A stretch of DNA of 64,000 nucleotides from an uncultured delta proteobacterium (GTDB lineage Bacteria > Desulfobacterota > Binatia > Binatales > Binataceae): NCBI GenBank assembly GCA_963808235.1, contig CAWEEQ010000004.1, positions 1,952,001-2,016,000 on the forward strand, written 5' to 3'. Shown here in pieces: positions 37,001 to 47,644 of this stretch. The notes beneath the pieces were generated by a model. That model was not told the DNA's origin and made no database searches. It worked only from the letters and a program-made list of their open reading frames with translations. The stretch's first letter is position 1. The number at the start of each line of letters is the position of its first letter. Made by a program: the position numbers and the translations under genes.

Positions 37001-39544
37001 ATGAATGGGGCGGCGATCAGCGCATCGGTTCTGCTGCTTGTGCTAGTGGCGATTGCGGCGTGGTACCGGTCGCGGATGGGGACCGGCTTTCAAGTCGCTT
37101 TCCTGATTCGTTTTCAGTTAATGCTGATCTTCTCACCGCTGCTGATCCTGGGGGCGAGTTTTGTCGTCGCGAACGTGTTCGGCAACTTGCTTATTGCCCT
37201 CTGGATCCACCAGGCCTTTTTCATTTCGTGGATCGGATTTTCGTCGGCGTGGCTGTGTTTGGCCATGATGATGACGGTGCTCGATCACACCGGGGACAGA
37301 TTTGGAGTCGACTACAAGCCTCCTTTCGGTTTTTGGACGTGGTCGCCGCGTCTGTTCACGATACCGCCGCTAGTGCTGATGATCGCCGTGTTGTTGGATT
37401 CAACCTGGTCGATGGATGGGTCCAGCCGGGCGGCGATGGCTATAACCGCCGGGCGGGTGAGCCTGGGCTTGTTGTTGGGATTTCTGGCTGCTTTGGTAAG
37501 TGTAAAGTTCGTCGAACGCGTTTTCCGTTTTCTGGAACAGACCTCGGAAGGAGACGCGGAACGGATCGCGAAACAGAGTGACGAACCTGAGCATGGCGAA
37601 TCGGCGGGAATCGAGGCTCATATCGAGCACGTCGCTACGGCGCCGAGACAGTTCATCTTTCCGGTTGAAGCCAAGACAACGCCACGCTCTGAAAAATCCG
37701 GCCGGATCGGGGATTGGCTCAAACGTCTCTCCTGGCTGTCTAAATGGTTGGGGCCCGGCTATTTCCGGCCAGATGGGCGAGTGTATTCAGAGCATCTGGT
37801 CGAGCTGGCGGCGGCGATTTCTGGACTCGTCGCATACGTCTTAATTTTTTTCTGGGGCTGGTCACGACTGCGGCATCATGCGGGCAGCACGGGGATTCCG
37901 GCGCTGGCATATCTGGAAGCGCTGTTTCTTTTTTCCGTGATGGGTCTGGCTGCGGCGGCCTTTTACCTCGATCGCTACCGGGTTCCGGTTCTTTTGACGG
38001 TGATGGTGTACTCGTTCCTGGGTTCGCAGTTCTTTGACACCGATCATTTTTGGCTCGCGACTCGAAGGGCGCAGACTTCTTACTACGCGCCAGACGCACT
38101 CGATTCTTTCCTCAAGGCTCAGTCAGGCAAGGATGCGAAAGATGTTTTGCACGCCAACGACGGGAAGCCGGTGCTGATCGTGGTGTGCGCGAGCGGCGGA
38201 GGGATTGAGGCGGCGGCGTGGACGGCGAAGGTGTTGACTGGATTGCAAACCGCGCTGGGGCAGAATTTCACGCGCTCGATCCGGCTTATCAGCTCGACTT
38301 CCGGCGGGAGCGTGGGTTCCTTGTTCTTCGTTCAGTCAATGTACCAGGCGAAGGACGCACCCGAGAACGCGCAGTTGCCAGCGATCCTGGCGGCCGCGGA
38401 AAGGCCGAGTCTCGACGCAATCGGATGGGGTCTCGCGGAAGTGGATTTCGCGCGGCTGATGCTTCCGTTGGTTCGCTCGATAGGGCTGCGGCTCAGTAGA
38501 GAAGCCAATGGCGATGAAGCACGCGAACTGGATCGGAGCTGGGCTTTGGAACAGGCCTGGAATTCGGCGCTGCCTGACCCGAACCATCGCGATCCGATCA
38601 TCGTCAGTAACTTGTCGGATTGGAGCGAGCGCGTGAGTGACGGAACGCTGCCCGGCACGGTGTTCAACGCTACGTTGGTCGAGACTGGGAACCCGCTTCT
38701 ACTGAGCACAATAAAAGTTCCGGAGCCTCACCCAAGTAATGTGGTGATCTTCGGACAATCGCCTGACAGCGGCGCCAACATGTCGACGGTTACTGCGGCA
38801 AGATTGTCGGCAACATTTCCTTATGTCAGTCCGGTCGCGCGCGGGCACTATCCAGGCGAAGGCGAAAGCGTTGAATCTCCGGTATGGGGACTTCACGTCG
38901 CCGACGGAGGCTACTACGACAACTACGGGACGACGGTGGCGGCCGAATGGATCAAGGACGCGGTTCAAAGGCATCGGCAGGAAATCGGCAAGGTCGTAAT
39001 CATCTCGATTGACGCGTTTCCGGAAAAATTCGACGGCGATCCCGCGCCACCGAAGGACCCGAAAACGGGGAAGCGTCCCGATCGAGCGCCGCTGCTCAAT
39101 CCAAACAGCGGATGGGGCAGTGAAATCCTGGGTCCGATCAAGACAGTTATCAACGCGCGCAGCGCTACCCAGCTCGGCCGCGACGCGATCGAGTTGGACT
39201 TGCTGAAGTTGCTGAATGAATCTTCGAAGGCGGCGGACAAAACTGCCGGCGCGGGATCAACGTCGGCGCCGGCCTCTGCAGATGCTAACTCGGCGGGATC
39301 GGATATCAATTGTGAGGACTCCGTCATCAGGGTTCCATTTGTCGCCGAGCATGACGGTCCGCTGTCATGGCAGCTTTCCCAGCCGCAGATTGCGCAGATC
39401 GATTGCGACTGGAAGTGTCCGGACATCCAAAAACGTGTCAGTGATTTGAGCCGATGTCTCGGGCTCACCGCTCCGCATGATGTGGCGCCCTGTCCCGAAA
39501 CGGGAACTGTGCCGGTGTGCCCGAACTCCAATCCGGCGCATTGA
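37001..39544 (+). CDS. multi-TM patatin/cPLA2-like phospholipase domain protein
   Basis: About 8 N-terminal TMs, then SGGGIEAA, STSGGS nucleophile, ARLSATFPYVSP, ADGGYYDN. Confidence 0.8.
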   Translation: MNGAAISASVLLLVLVAIAAWYRSRMGTGFQVAFLIRFQLMLIFSPLLILGASFVVANVFGNLLIALWIHQAFFISWIGFSSAWLCLAMMMTVLDHTGDRFGVDYKPPFGFWTWSPRLFTIPPLVLMIAVLLDSTWSMDGSSRAAMAITAGRVSLGLLLGFLAALVSVKFVERVFRFLEQTSEGDAERIAKQSDEPEHGESAGIEAHIEHVATAPRQFIFPVEAKTTPRSEKSGRIGDWLKRLSWLSKWLGPGYFRPDGRVYSEHLVELAAAISGLVAYVLIFFWGWSRLRHHAGSTGIPALAYLEALFLFSVMGLAAAAFYLDRYRVPVLLTVMVYSFLGSQFFDTDHFWLATRRAQTSYYAPDALDSFLKAQSGKDAKDVLHANDGKPVLIVVCASGGGIEAAAWTAKVLTGLQTALGQNFTRSIRLISSTSGGSVGSLFFVQSMYQAKDAPENAQLPAILAAAERPSLDAIGWGLAEVDFARLMLPLVRSIGLRLSREANGDEARELDRSWALEQAWNSALPDPNHRDPIIVSNLSDWSERVSDGTLPGTVFNATLVETGNPLLLSTIKVPEPHPSNVVIFGQSPDSGANMSTVTAARLSATFPYVSPVARGHYPGEGESVESPVWGLHVADGGYYDNYGTTVAAEWIKDAVQRHRQEIGKVVIISIDAFPEKFDGDPAPPKDPKTGKRPDRAPLLNPNSGWGSEILGPIKTVINARSATQLGRDAIELDLLKLLNESSKAADKTAGAGSTSAPASADANSAGSDINCEDSVIRVPFVAEHDGPLSWQLSQPQIAQIDCDWKCPDIQKRVSDLSRCLGLTAPHDVAPCPETGTVPVCPNSNPAH

Positions 39545-39576
39545 AGCCAGGCGGCGAGACGTTTTTCATCCATCGT

Positions 39577-40902
39577 CTATGCTGATTGCGCATTGGTGCG
39601 GGGGCGCAGCGATGCGGCGAGATCTGCGGCGAAGCGGCGCGCGTCGTCGGGCGTCAGGGTTGATACGGTGACGCGAATTCCCGGTGGGCTTTTTATCCGA
39701 TAGCACTCGCCGGCTCTTATCGCCCAGCCTTTTTCCGCCATCGCGTTGGTCACCCTCGCCTCTTCGGCGACCGGGATCCATACGTTGAGGCCGGAGCGTC
39801 CGTGCGCTTCTATTCCAAATTCCGCGAGCGCTTCCATAAGCGCGTGGCGGCGATGCGTGTAGGTGTCGGCGGCGGCCTTAAGTCGCGCGGCGGTTTTCGG
39901 ATCCGCCCACACTCGCGCGACGAGGTCCTGCAGGATGTGGCTGACCCATCGCGGGCCGAGGCTCTGCCGGCCCTGCACGCGCGCGACGGTTAGCGCGTCG
40001 CCAGCCATCGCGCTGACTCGCAAATCGGGGCCGAGCGACTTCGACACCGATCTCACCGTGGCCCATCGCGCACGCCCGGCAGAGAGTGTGAAGGCGGGAG
40101 CGCCGGCGACAGGCCCGGCGTGATCGTCCTCGATCAGGACGCACTCGGGAAAGGCGGCGAGCACCTGTCGAAGTTCTCCGGCACGTTTTCGATCGAGCGC
40201 GGCGCCGGTGGGGTTTTGCGCGCGCGGCGTGACGATAAATGCTTTCGCGCCAAGCTTCAGCGCGCGATTCAAATCCGTGCGCAACGGGCCCGAGTCGTCG
40301 ATCTCAACCGGCTCCGCAACCAGTCCCATCGCAGCTACCAGGTCGAGCACGCCGGTGTAGCTGGGGTCTTCCACCGCGACCCGATCGCCTGGGCGGAGCC
40401 ATCCCTGCAGCACGCGCTCGACCGCGTCGAGTGCACCGCTCACGATCGCAATTGACGACGACTCGATTCCGTCGCGCTTGAACTGGCGCGCGGCCAGCTC
40501 GAGCAGCTCGGTGCGATTTTCCGCGTCGCCATACTGGCCGGGGTCTCCGCCGAGACGCGCGAGATAGGGCTTGAGCGGCGGGAGCATCGCGGGGTCCGGG
40601 CCGCCTTCGAAGAGGTTGCGCAGTCCGGGCGCTGGCGCAGGTGCCGAGCGGGTTAGAATCGGAGGACGACGATTGACGACGGTGCCGCGCCGTCCGGAGC
40701 CGTGCACGAGTCCGCGCACTCGGAGCGCGTTGTAGGCGGCGGCCACCGTGGTCGGGCTCACGTGAAGGCGCGTCGCGAGGGCGCGGACAGTGGGCAGGCG
40801 CTCGCCTGCGGCGAGCCGGCCGCTGCGGATGCCGTCTTCGATGCTGGCCGCGATCTGATTGCCTGATTCTCCGCGAATCTGATAATGTACCGATACGTTC
40901 AT
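39577..40902 (-). CDS. MocR/GntR PLP-dependent transcriptional regulator
   Basis: GERLPTVRALA..VSPTTVAAAY HTH, TPRAQNPTG, IEDDH, SVSKSLGPDLR. Confidence 0.95.
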   Translation of the reverse strand: MNVSVHYQIRGESGNQIAASIEDGIRSGRLAAGERLPTVRALATRLHVSPTTVAAAYNALRVRGLVHGSGRRGTVVNRRPPILTRSAPAPAPGLRNLFEGGPDPAMLPPLKPYLARLGGDPGQYGDAENRTELLELAARQFKRDGIESSSIAIVSGALDAVERVLQGWLRPGDRVAVEDPSYTGVLDLVAAMGLVAEPVEIDDSGPLRTDLNRALKLGAKAFIVTPRAQNPTGAALDRKRAGELRQVLAAFPECVLIEDDHAGPVAGAPAFTLSAGRARWATVRSVSKSLGPDLRVSAMAGDALTVARVQGRQSLGPRWVSHILQDLVARVWADPKTAARLKAAADTYTHRRHALMEALAEFGIEAHGRSGLNVWIPVAEEARVTNAMAEKGWAIRAGECYRIKSPPGIRVTVSTLTPDDARRFAADLAASLRPRTNAQSA

Positions 40903-40933
40903 AGTTATGTAGTGTAACAAAGAGGCGGCGCAG

Positions 40934-41680
40934 ATGAAAGAGGCGACGGAAGGTATGCTGGAAACGGGCGCGGCGGCGGCCGCGGGCACGGCAACTCGCA
41001 ACGGGAATCGCGCGATCGCGCCGACTCCACGCACTCGCGTCAAGCGGCTCCCCAAGCGCGCTTCCTTCGATCGCGGCGTCATCTATGAGCTGCTCGACAC
41101 TGCGCTCGTCTGCCACGTGGGTTTTGCGATCGAGGGACAGCCCTATGTGATTCCGACTCTGCAGGTTCGAATCGGCGACCGGCTCTATATTCACGGTTCG
41201 GCGGCGAGCCGGATGCTCGGCACCGCGGCGGATAAGACTCCGCTTGCGGTGACGGTGACGCACATTGACGGTTTGGTGATGGCGCGATCGGCGTTTCATC
41301 ATTCGGTGAACTACCGGTCGGTGGTGATTCTCGGCACTGCAACGCTGGTCACTGATAACGCGGAAAAGCTTGCGGTGATGAAGGGGCTGATCGATCACGT
41401 CGCGCCGGGCCGCTGGGATCATATTCGCCATCCCAACGAGAAGGAGCTGGCCGCAACGTCGGTGCTGTCGATTCCAATTGAAGAAGCGTCGGCGAAACTT
41501 CGCAGCGGAGACCCGCTCGACGACGAGGCCGACTACGCGCTTCCAGTGTGGGCGGGGCAAATTCCACTCCACACGACTGCGCTCGCGCCGGTTGCGGATT
41601 CGCGGCTCGACGCGTCAACGTCGATTCCTCTTCACGTATCGGAGTATCGGCTGCCCGGCAGCCGCGGAGTGGGGACATGA
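40934..41680 (+). CDS. pyridoxamine 5'-phosphate oxidase-like FMN-binding protein (NimA-like)
   Basis: LVCHVGF, PYVIPT, LYIHGS, ARSAFHHSVNYRSVV, PVWAG. Confidence 0.93.
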   Translation: MKEATEGMLETGAAAAAGTATRNGNRAIAPTPRTRVKRLPKRASFDRGVIYELLDTALVCHVGFAIEGQPYVIPTLQVRIGDRLYIHGSAASRMLGTAADKTPLAVTVTHIDGLVMARSAFHHSVNYRSVVILGTATLVTDNAEKLAVMKGLIDHVAPGRWDHIRHPNEKELAATSVLSIPIEEASAKLRSGDPLDDEADYALPVWAGQIPLHTTALAPVADSRLDASTSIPLHVSEYRLPGSRGVGT

Positions 41681-42162
41681 CAGCAGCGATGGTAGTTATG
41701 GACACGGGAAAATTTCTGATCAGCACGGATCGATCGAAGCTCGACCTTGACGCGATTCACCGATTTCTTACGCGCTCGTACTGGGCGGAAGGAATTCCGC
41801 GCGAAACGGTCGCGCGTTCGATCGAAAATTCGCTCTGCTTCGGAGTTTACAACGGCGGCGAGCAGGTCGGCTTCGCGCGCGTGGTTTCGGACTTCGCGAC
41901 CTACGCATATCTCGCCGACGTGTTCGTCCTCGAGTCATATCGGGGGCGCGGCCTCGCCAAGGAACTGATCGCCACGATCATGGCGCATCCGGAGTTGCAG
42001 GGGCTCAGGCGCTGGAGTCTCGGTACTCGCGACGCGCATGGACTGTACGCGCAGTTTGGATGGACATCGGTCGAGAATCCGGCGCGGACGATGATGGAGA
42101 TCGCGGATCCGGACGTTTACCTGCGCCCGGCCAAGGTTCGCACCGTGACTCGCAATCGATGA
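41677..42162 (+). CDS. GNAT N-acetyltransferase
   Basis: SYWAEGI, QVGFARVVSD, YRGRGLAK, TRDAHGLY; ATGA overlap. Confidence 0.93.
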   Translation: MTAAMVVMDTGKFLISTDRSKLDLDAIHRFLTRSYWAEGIPRETVARSIENSLCFGVYNGGEQVGFARVVSDFATYAYLADVFVLESYRGRGLAKELIATIMAHPELQGLRRWSLGTRDAHGLYAQFGWTSVENPARTMMEIADPDVYLRPAKVRTVTRNR

Positions 42163-42306
42163 GTGCCGGATTGTTGAGCCCGGCGACCTTGAATGAGTTC
42201 CCGAGCCCGTCTATATAACAAGTGTTAGGGACCGCCGCCTCCGGCCGACGCCCGCATCGGCGCGGCCAGGAGTGAGTCATTCGGTTCCGGCACCTGGAGG
42301 TAGTCG

Positions 42307-43500
42307 ATGGATTTCAAATTCAGCGCCGAGGACGAGGCTTTCCGCGAAGAGTTCCGCAGCTGGCTAAAGGCCAACCTGCCCACGGCGGGCAAGTCGGAAG
42401 ACGGCGGAGACTTCATGCGCGAAAGCAGCTCCGACGACTGGAAGCGGCGCGTCGAGTGGCACAAGAAAATGCACGCGGGCGGATGGGTCGGGCTAAGCTG
42501 GCCGAAAGAATACGGCGGGCGCGGGGCGACGCTGACCCAGCAGATCATCTACAACGAGGAACTCTCCAAGGTTAACTCGCCGATGCTGGTCAACGGACTG
42601 GGCATCATGCTGGTCGGTCCGACGATCATTCATTGGGGGACCGAGGAGCAAAAGAAGCGCTACGTGCCGAAAATTTTGTCGGCGGACGAACTCTGGTGCC
42701 AAGGCTATTCCGAGCCGGGCGCGGGATCGGACGTGGCCGGCTTGCAGACCCGCGCTATCGAGGAAGGCGACTACTTTGTCGTCAACGGGCAGAAGGTCTG
42801 GACCTCGGATGCGCATCACGCGGACATGTGTATCCTGCTGGTGCGTACCGATCCGGAGGCACCCAAGCATAAGGGAATCAGTTACATCCTGGTCGATATG
42901 CACAGCCCCGGCGTGACGGTCCGGCCGCTGGTGCAGATCACCGGCGACAAGGGATTCAACGAGGTTTTCTTCGAAGACGTCAAGGTGCCGAAGAAAAATC
43001 TGATCGGCGAGAAGAACCAGGGATGGCAAGTCGCGATCACGACGCTGATGTTCGAACGATCGGGAATTGGCGGCGGGCGCGACATGATGGGCCAGGTCAA
43101 GGAACTGGTCGCGCTCGCGAAAAACATTCGCAGCAACGGGCACACCGCGTGGGAAGACACCAGCGTGCGGCAGAGACTCGGTGGATTCGCATGCGAGGCG
43201 GCCGCGCTCCGCTACACCGGTTTTCGACAACTGACGCGGCGGCTCAAAGGTCTGCCGCCGGGACCGGAGGGCTCGGTGCTGAAACTCTGCACCAGCGAAC
43301 TCAACTTGCGGATGAACAAGTTCGCGATGGAGATGCTGGGGCCGTACAGCCAGATCGAGTTCAGGTCACCGCACGCGGTCGACAAGGGCAAGTGGTCGTA
43401 TCGGATGCTCGCGTCGCGGGCGCTTACGATCGCCGGCGGAACCAGCGAAATCCAGCACAACATTATCGGCGAACGGGTACTCGGGTTGCCCAAGGGCTAG
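42307..43500 (+). CDS. acyl-CoA dehydrogenase (FadE/IpdE1-like)
   Basis: WCQGYSEPGAGSD, TLMFER, IAGGTSEIQHNII; GGAGG RBS. Confidence 0.96.
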   Translation: MDFKFSAEDEAFREEFRSWLKANLPTAGKSEDGGDFMRESSSDDWKRRVEWHKKMHAGGWVGLSWPKEYGGRGATLTQQIIYNEELSKVNSPMLVNGLGIMLVGPTIIHWGTEEQKKRYVPKILSADELWCQGYSEPGAGSDVAGLQTRAIEEGDYFVVNGQKVWTSDAHHADMCILLVRTDPEAPKHKGISYILVDMHSPGVTVRPLVQITGDKGFNEVFFEDVKVPKKNLIGEKNQGWQVAITTLMFERSGIGGGRDMMGQVKELVALAKNIRSNGHTAWEDTSVRQRLGGFACEAAALRYTGFRQLTRRLKGLPPGPEGSVLKLCTSELNLRMNKFAMEMLGPYSQIEFRSPHAVDKGKWSYRMLASRALTIAGGTSEIQHNIIGERVLGLPKG

Positions 43501-43527
43501 CCGCTTCGAATCATCGGTAATCGTACG

Positions 43528-43560
43528 GAGGGCGGCCCAGGTGGTCGCCCTTCTTTTTTT
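43528..43560 (+). terminator. Rho-independent terminator
   Basis: GAGGGCGGCC-caggt-GGTCGCCCTT followed by CTTTTTTT. Confidence 0.75.
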
Positions 43561-43576
43561 GGAGACGGAGAAACAT

Positions 43577-44116
43577 ATGGAAGGCAAGCTGGTTAGGCTG
43601 CGAGCGTACGAGAAATCGGATCTCGACTCGATAATGAAATGGATCAACGACGAGGAAGTCACCGATTTTCTTGCGGGTGGGATGCTGACCTATCCGGTGT
43701 CGTCGATCACGGAGGAAAAGTATATCGAGTCCACCGCTCAATCTTCCGACACCAACAAGAGCTTCGCGATCGAGACGCTGGCGGAACAGAAATATATCGG
43801 CGGGGTCGCGTTTCACGCGATCAACTGGCTGAATCGCAGCGCCGGTCTCGGCATCACGATCGGCGACAAATCTTACTGGGGCCGCGGTTACGGTACTGAC
43901 GCGATGCGCGTCATGATGCGCCTCGGATTCGACAAGATGAATCTGCATCGGCTCTGGCTGCATGTGTACGAGTACAATCGGCGCGCGATCGCGTCTTACG
44001 AAAAATGCGGATTCAAGCGCGAGGGCGTACTCCGCAAGGAGCGCTTCTATCGCGGCAGTTACTACGACACCGTCGTGATGGGGATTTTGGAAGACGAGTT
44101 CCGCGCCCTGCCCTAG
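43577..44116 (+). CDS. GNAT acetyltransferase, RimJ/RimL type
   Basis: VRLRAYE, YWGRGYGTDA, NRRAIASYEKCGFKREG. Confidence 0.93.
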   Translation: MEGKLVRLRAYEKSDLDSIMKWINDEEVTDFLAGGMLTYPVSSITEEKYIESTAQSSDTNKSFAIETLAEQKYIGGVAFHAINWLNRSAGLGITIGDKSYWGRGYGTDAMRVMMRLGFDKMNLHRLWLHVYEYNRRAIASYEKCGFKREGVLRKERFYRGSYYDTVVMGILEDEFRALP

Positions 44117-44123
44117 CGCGCCA

Positions 44124-47100
44124 CTACTTTCCCGTTCCGGACAGGCCTACCGTGCGCGCCCCGCTCGATCCGTTGTTCATGACGGTGAAGGTGCCGGGAC
44201 GATGACCCTTAGCGATCGGAGCGAAGATCAACTTATAGTTGCAGATTTTGCGTGGCGCGAGCGCTGCACCGCAGTTGCCGCCTGAAACCTGGAAGTCGCC
44301 GGTTATCCGCACGCCGACGAGCTCGATGCTGATGTGGCCGGTGTTGGTCGCGCTCACTTTTTTCGCCAGGCTTCGTTTGCCTACCTTCGCGGCGAAGCTC
44401 GCGGAACCCGGCTGAACCATCAGCGCCGCCGCCACGGTCGGAGTCGAAGTCGGGGTGATCGTCGGCGTTGCAGTCGATGTGGCAGTCGGAGTTTGAGTTG
44501 GCGTGGCGGTTACGGTTGCGGTCGGTGTTGCAGTTGCAGTCACAGTTGCCGTCGTCGTTGGGGTCGGAGTCGACGTCGCGGTCTGAGTTTGGGTCGCGGT
44601 GGCGCTCGCCGTCGGTGTCGAAGTTCGGGTCGATGTAGCGGTCACGCTCGCAGTTGGCGTGGCGGTCGCGGTTGAGGTCATCGTTGGCGTTGGAGTTGCG
44701 GAGCTGAGCGGGGTGCGAACCGTGGATGGCGTCGAGGTCGGAGTTAAAGTCGCGGTTGCGGTCGCAGTTGTCGTCGACGTGGCGGTGGCAGTCATCGCAG
44801 ATGACGGCGTAACGGTCGGCGTCGCCGTTTGCGACGAGCCGGTCCCTTCGCCGGCAAGCTGGAAAATTCCACGACCGTGCGTGGCAGCGAAAATCACGCC
44901 GTTCAAATTTTGCTCAAGGTCGAAAATTGCGACCGCCGGAATCGTGCCGAGGTTGAATGGCGTCCAGTTCGCGCCTCCGTCGACGGTCCTGAAAATGCCG
45001 ATGTCGGTCGCGGCCAGCACGGTCTCGGCGGTAGGATCGTTACGATCCACCAGCAGCCGCAGCACCGGGACGTCCGGCAACGCATTGGCAGGCGGCGGAC
45101 TCAGCAGGTTCGGATTGCCATCGGCCTGAGTCCACGAACCGCCAAAGTCACTGGTCACGAAAACATGGCCGATGCCGGTCGCCGAGGTGAACCCGGAAAG
45201 ACTCAAGTACGCGACCGTGGAGTCAAACGGGTCAACCGCAATTCCGGTTGCCTGGGTGTCGGCGGGAAACACGATCGGCGGCAATTGCGCGGTCTTGTCG
45301 ATCCAGTGCGCGCCTTCGGGCTGGCTCACGCTTACCTGCTGATCCGCCTCGTCGGTCGTGAAAATTTTAAACGGCGTCGGGCGAAAGGTCGTATTCGTTT
45401 CCATCGAGAGCGCGTAAGCCTTGGTGCGATCGGAGGGCGCAATCTCGATGTCCTCGAGCGCGCATGCCCCGCCGACGCATCGGCCGGTGAGATCCTGGGT
45501 AGTTTGCGGAGTCCAGGTCGCCATCGCGTCGTTGGAAACGTAGATGGAATGCGCGCCGAACATCACGCGCTCCGCGATCGCAGGATCGCTTGCGATAGGC
45601 GGATAGTACGCCGCACCAGTGTCACCCACCGAGGCCATCGCAGTCCGCAGCGCCGCGCTTGACGAAGTAGAAATGAAGCTGACCCCCGCGTTGGTCGAGC
45701 GCCCGACCGACGGTCCGGACGAAGTGGTCGCAAAGGTGTGATACGCGAACTCGGGATTCACCTGGTCGAATAGCGCAAAGCCGCCTTCGGCTCCGTCGGC
45801 CTGGGTCCAACTCGACGCCGGCGGCTGAGTGCCGTCGAAGAGCGCGGTGCCGTTATCCTGGAAACCGGCGAGCGCAAGCGCGTTGTCGTTCGGATGCGGG
45901 CCGACCGATTGCGCTTGCATCGCATCGATGTTCGCGTTCAGCGCACTCCAGCTCTGGGAGCCGGCGTCAAAGCGGTAGAGGCCGCCGTCGTTGCCGAGGA
46001 AGAAGCTATGCGCGTGGGCGGGGTCGAACGCGATCGCGTGCTGGTCCGAATGAGTTCCGCCACTTGGCGCGAGCGTCGTCCAGGCGCCGCCTGCGTTTAC
46101 CGATCGGTATATTCCGACTCCTCCGAACACAACGGTGTTGCCAGTCGCGTCGGCAGGATCGATCGCGAGCGCCTGGTCAAAGAAAGATTCCGAGAAATTA
46201 GCCGAGTTGATTCCGTCGATCGTCGCAGCGCCCACCGGCGCACTCGGCACCGACGCTGTTGTCCAGGTCACTCCATGATCGATGGACTTATAGAAGCCGG
46301 CGTATTCGACGCCATCGGCCGCCCCGATCATCGCGTATGCGACCCCGTTTGCCGCCACGACGCTCGCGCGGCCGACTCCGCCGCTCGAAGCCGGCAGACT
46401 TGCCTGCGCGAAAGAGAATCCCGAATTCGACGAGCGGAATACGCCCACCCCGAGGATCGTCACCAGCACATTCGTGGGCGACGCCGGATCGATCGCCACC
46501 GATTCGGCCGGGCACGGATCGTTGGTGAAGTAAGGACACGCGCCAAAGGTTCCCGATGGATACGAAATCCACGACACGCCGCCATCAGACGATCGCCAAA
46601 GACCGTTCTGGCTGAAATCGCCCTCGACCCACGACGCGTCGGCGCGATTCGCGCTCGAGCCGTAGGTAACCGCCGCGTAGATCGTGCGCGGTGTATGAGT
46701 CGTGTCGATCGCGAGCCCGGCGACCGATGCATGTGCAAACGTGGACGTTCCGAGTTGAGTCCAGGTCGCGCCGAGATCGCTCGAGACAAAGACGCCCTGT
46801 CCATAGTATGAGTCGCTCGAGCCGTTGCCTTCTCCACTCCCGACGTAAAGGGTTGGATTCGGGCTGGTGGTAGTATCGAGCGCCATCGAGCCGACCGACA
46901 GCGTCGATTCGGAATCGAATATCGGTACAAACGATGCGGTCGCGTTGGCGCGCATCCACACTCCCCCGCCCGCGCTCCCAACGAACATCCTCCCGCTTAC
47001 CGTGGGATCGACAATGATCGCGGTGATCTTTCCGGTTGCGCCGGCAAGCGCGCTCCCGAGCGGTACGCCTGCGAATTGGGGAATCTCATTGAGCAGAGGC

Positions 47101-47459
47101 AGGGGACCGATCGCATTCCATTGGAGCGCGAGCGGTGCGTCCGCCCCGCTCTTCGCCACGCCTTGACCATAATCAACGCCTCGCTCCTGAAGGCGCATCT
47201 GCTCGATCGCTTCACGATACGCGCCCGGAGGAATTCCAAAGTTGAGCCCACGCTTGCTTAGCTGGAACGCCTCCCGCGCAACTCGATCCCGCCCGCTGAG
47301 CGCACCGGGGGCATTGCGATGCGCCGCCGCCGATCCCGGCGTTGCACGCTGGGGAGCCGAAAGCACAACGACCAGCCCCGCGCCGAACAGCATGACTGCC
47401 GCGACCGCAAGTAACCGCGCCGAAAATAACTTGAACAACCGGCGGAACCCCCTCCGCAT
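44124..47459 (-). CDS. large secreted BNR/VPS10-like beta-propeller protein with Thr/Pro linker and C-terminal Ig-like (ASH/choice-of-anchor D-like) domain
   Basis: Signal peptide, repeated SxDxGxTW Asp-boxes, GNDGG, ATHGRG, about 130-aa TATPT linker, LSGTG terminus. Confidence 0.85.
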   Translation of the reverse strand: MRRGFRRLFKLFSARLLAVAAVMLFGAGLVVVLSAPQRATPGSAAAHRNAPGALSGRDRVAREAFQLSKRGLNFGIPPGAYREAIEQMRLQERGVDYGQGVAKSGADAPLALQWNAIGPLPLLNEIPQFAGVPLGSALAGATGKITAIIVDPTVSGRMFVGSAGGGVWMRANATASFVPIFDSESTLSVGSMALDTTTSPNPTLYVGSGEGNGSSDSYYGQGVFVSSDLGATWTQLGTSTFAHASVAGLAIDTTHTPRTIYAAVTYGSSANRADASWVEGDFSQNGLWRSSDGGVSWISYPSGTFGACPYFTNDPCPAESVAIDPASPTNVLVTILGVGVFRSSNSGFSFAQASLPASSGGVGRASVVAANGVAYAMIGAADGVEYAGFYKSIDHGVTWTTASVPSAPVGAATIDGINSANFSESFFDQALAIDPADATGNTVVFGGVGIYRSVNAGGAWTTLAPSGGTHSDQHAIAFDPAHAHSFFLGNDGGLYRFDAGSQSWSALNANIDAMQAQSVGPHPNDNALALAGFQDNGTALFDGTQPPASSWTQADGAEGGFALFDQVNPEFAYHTFATTSSGPSVGRSTNAGVSFISTSSSAALRTAMASVGDTGAAYYPPIASDPAIAERVMFGAHSIYVSNDAMATWTPQTTQDLTGRCVGGACALEDIEIAPSDRTKAYALSMETNTTFRPTPFKIFTTDEADQQVSVSQPEGAHWIDKTAQLPPIVFPADTQATGIAVDPFDSTVAYLSLSGFTSATGIGHVFVTSDFGGSWTQADGNPNLLSPPPANALPDVPVLRLLVDRNDPTAETVLAATDIGIFRTVDGGANWTPFNLGTIPAVAIFDLEQNLNGVIFAATHGRGIFQLAGEGTGSSQTATPTVTPSSAMTATATSTTTATATATLTPTSTPSTVRTPLSSATPTPTMTSTATATPTASVTATSTRTSTPTASATATQTQTATSTPTPTTTATVTATATPTATVTATPTQTPTATSTATPTITPTSTPTVAAALMVQPGSASFAAKVGKRSLAKKVSATNTGHISIELVGVRITGDFQVSGGNCGAALAPRKICNYKLIFAPIAKGHRPGTFTVMNNGSSGARTVGLSGTGK

Positions 47460-47644
47460 CCAGTAGTCAGTTTACGCGGTGTATGTAATCGACCGAAATA
47501 CATAATGACTATTTGGTTCCGTAGTCAATTGAGTATTGCATCTGTCTATTCGGACATCCGCTTGTCTATGCCGGGCGAAGCTTCGCCCTGCCGCTTCATG
47601 CGGCGGAGCGAGGCAGCGGGACAATTCTGAATGGCTGATGGCGG

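Noticed and set aside
44430-44830. Repetitive DNA that could be mistaken for a CRISPR or tandem array
   Set aside because: It encodes the Thr/Ala/Pro linker of the secreted protein, with degenerate codons and no repeat-spacer structure.
47500-47640. Short inverted repeats (TGACTA-N10-TAGTCA; GGGCGAAGCTTCGCCC) between GST and the secreted protein
   Set aside because: Compatible with an ordinary terminator or promoter; too short for a specific claim.
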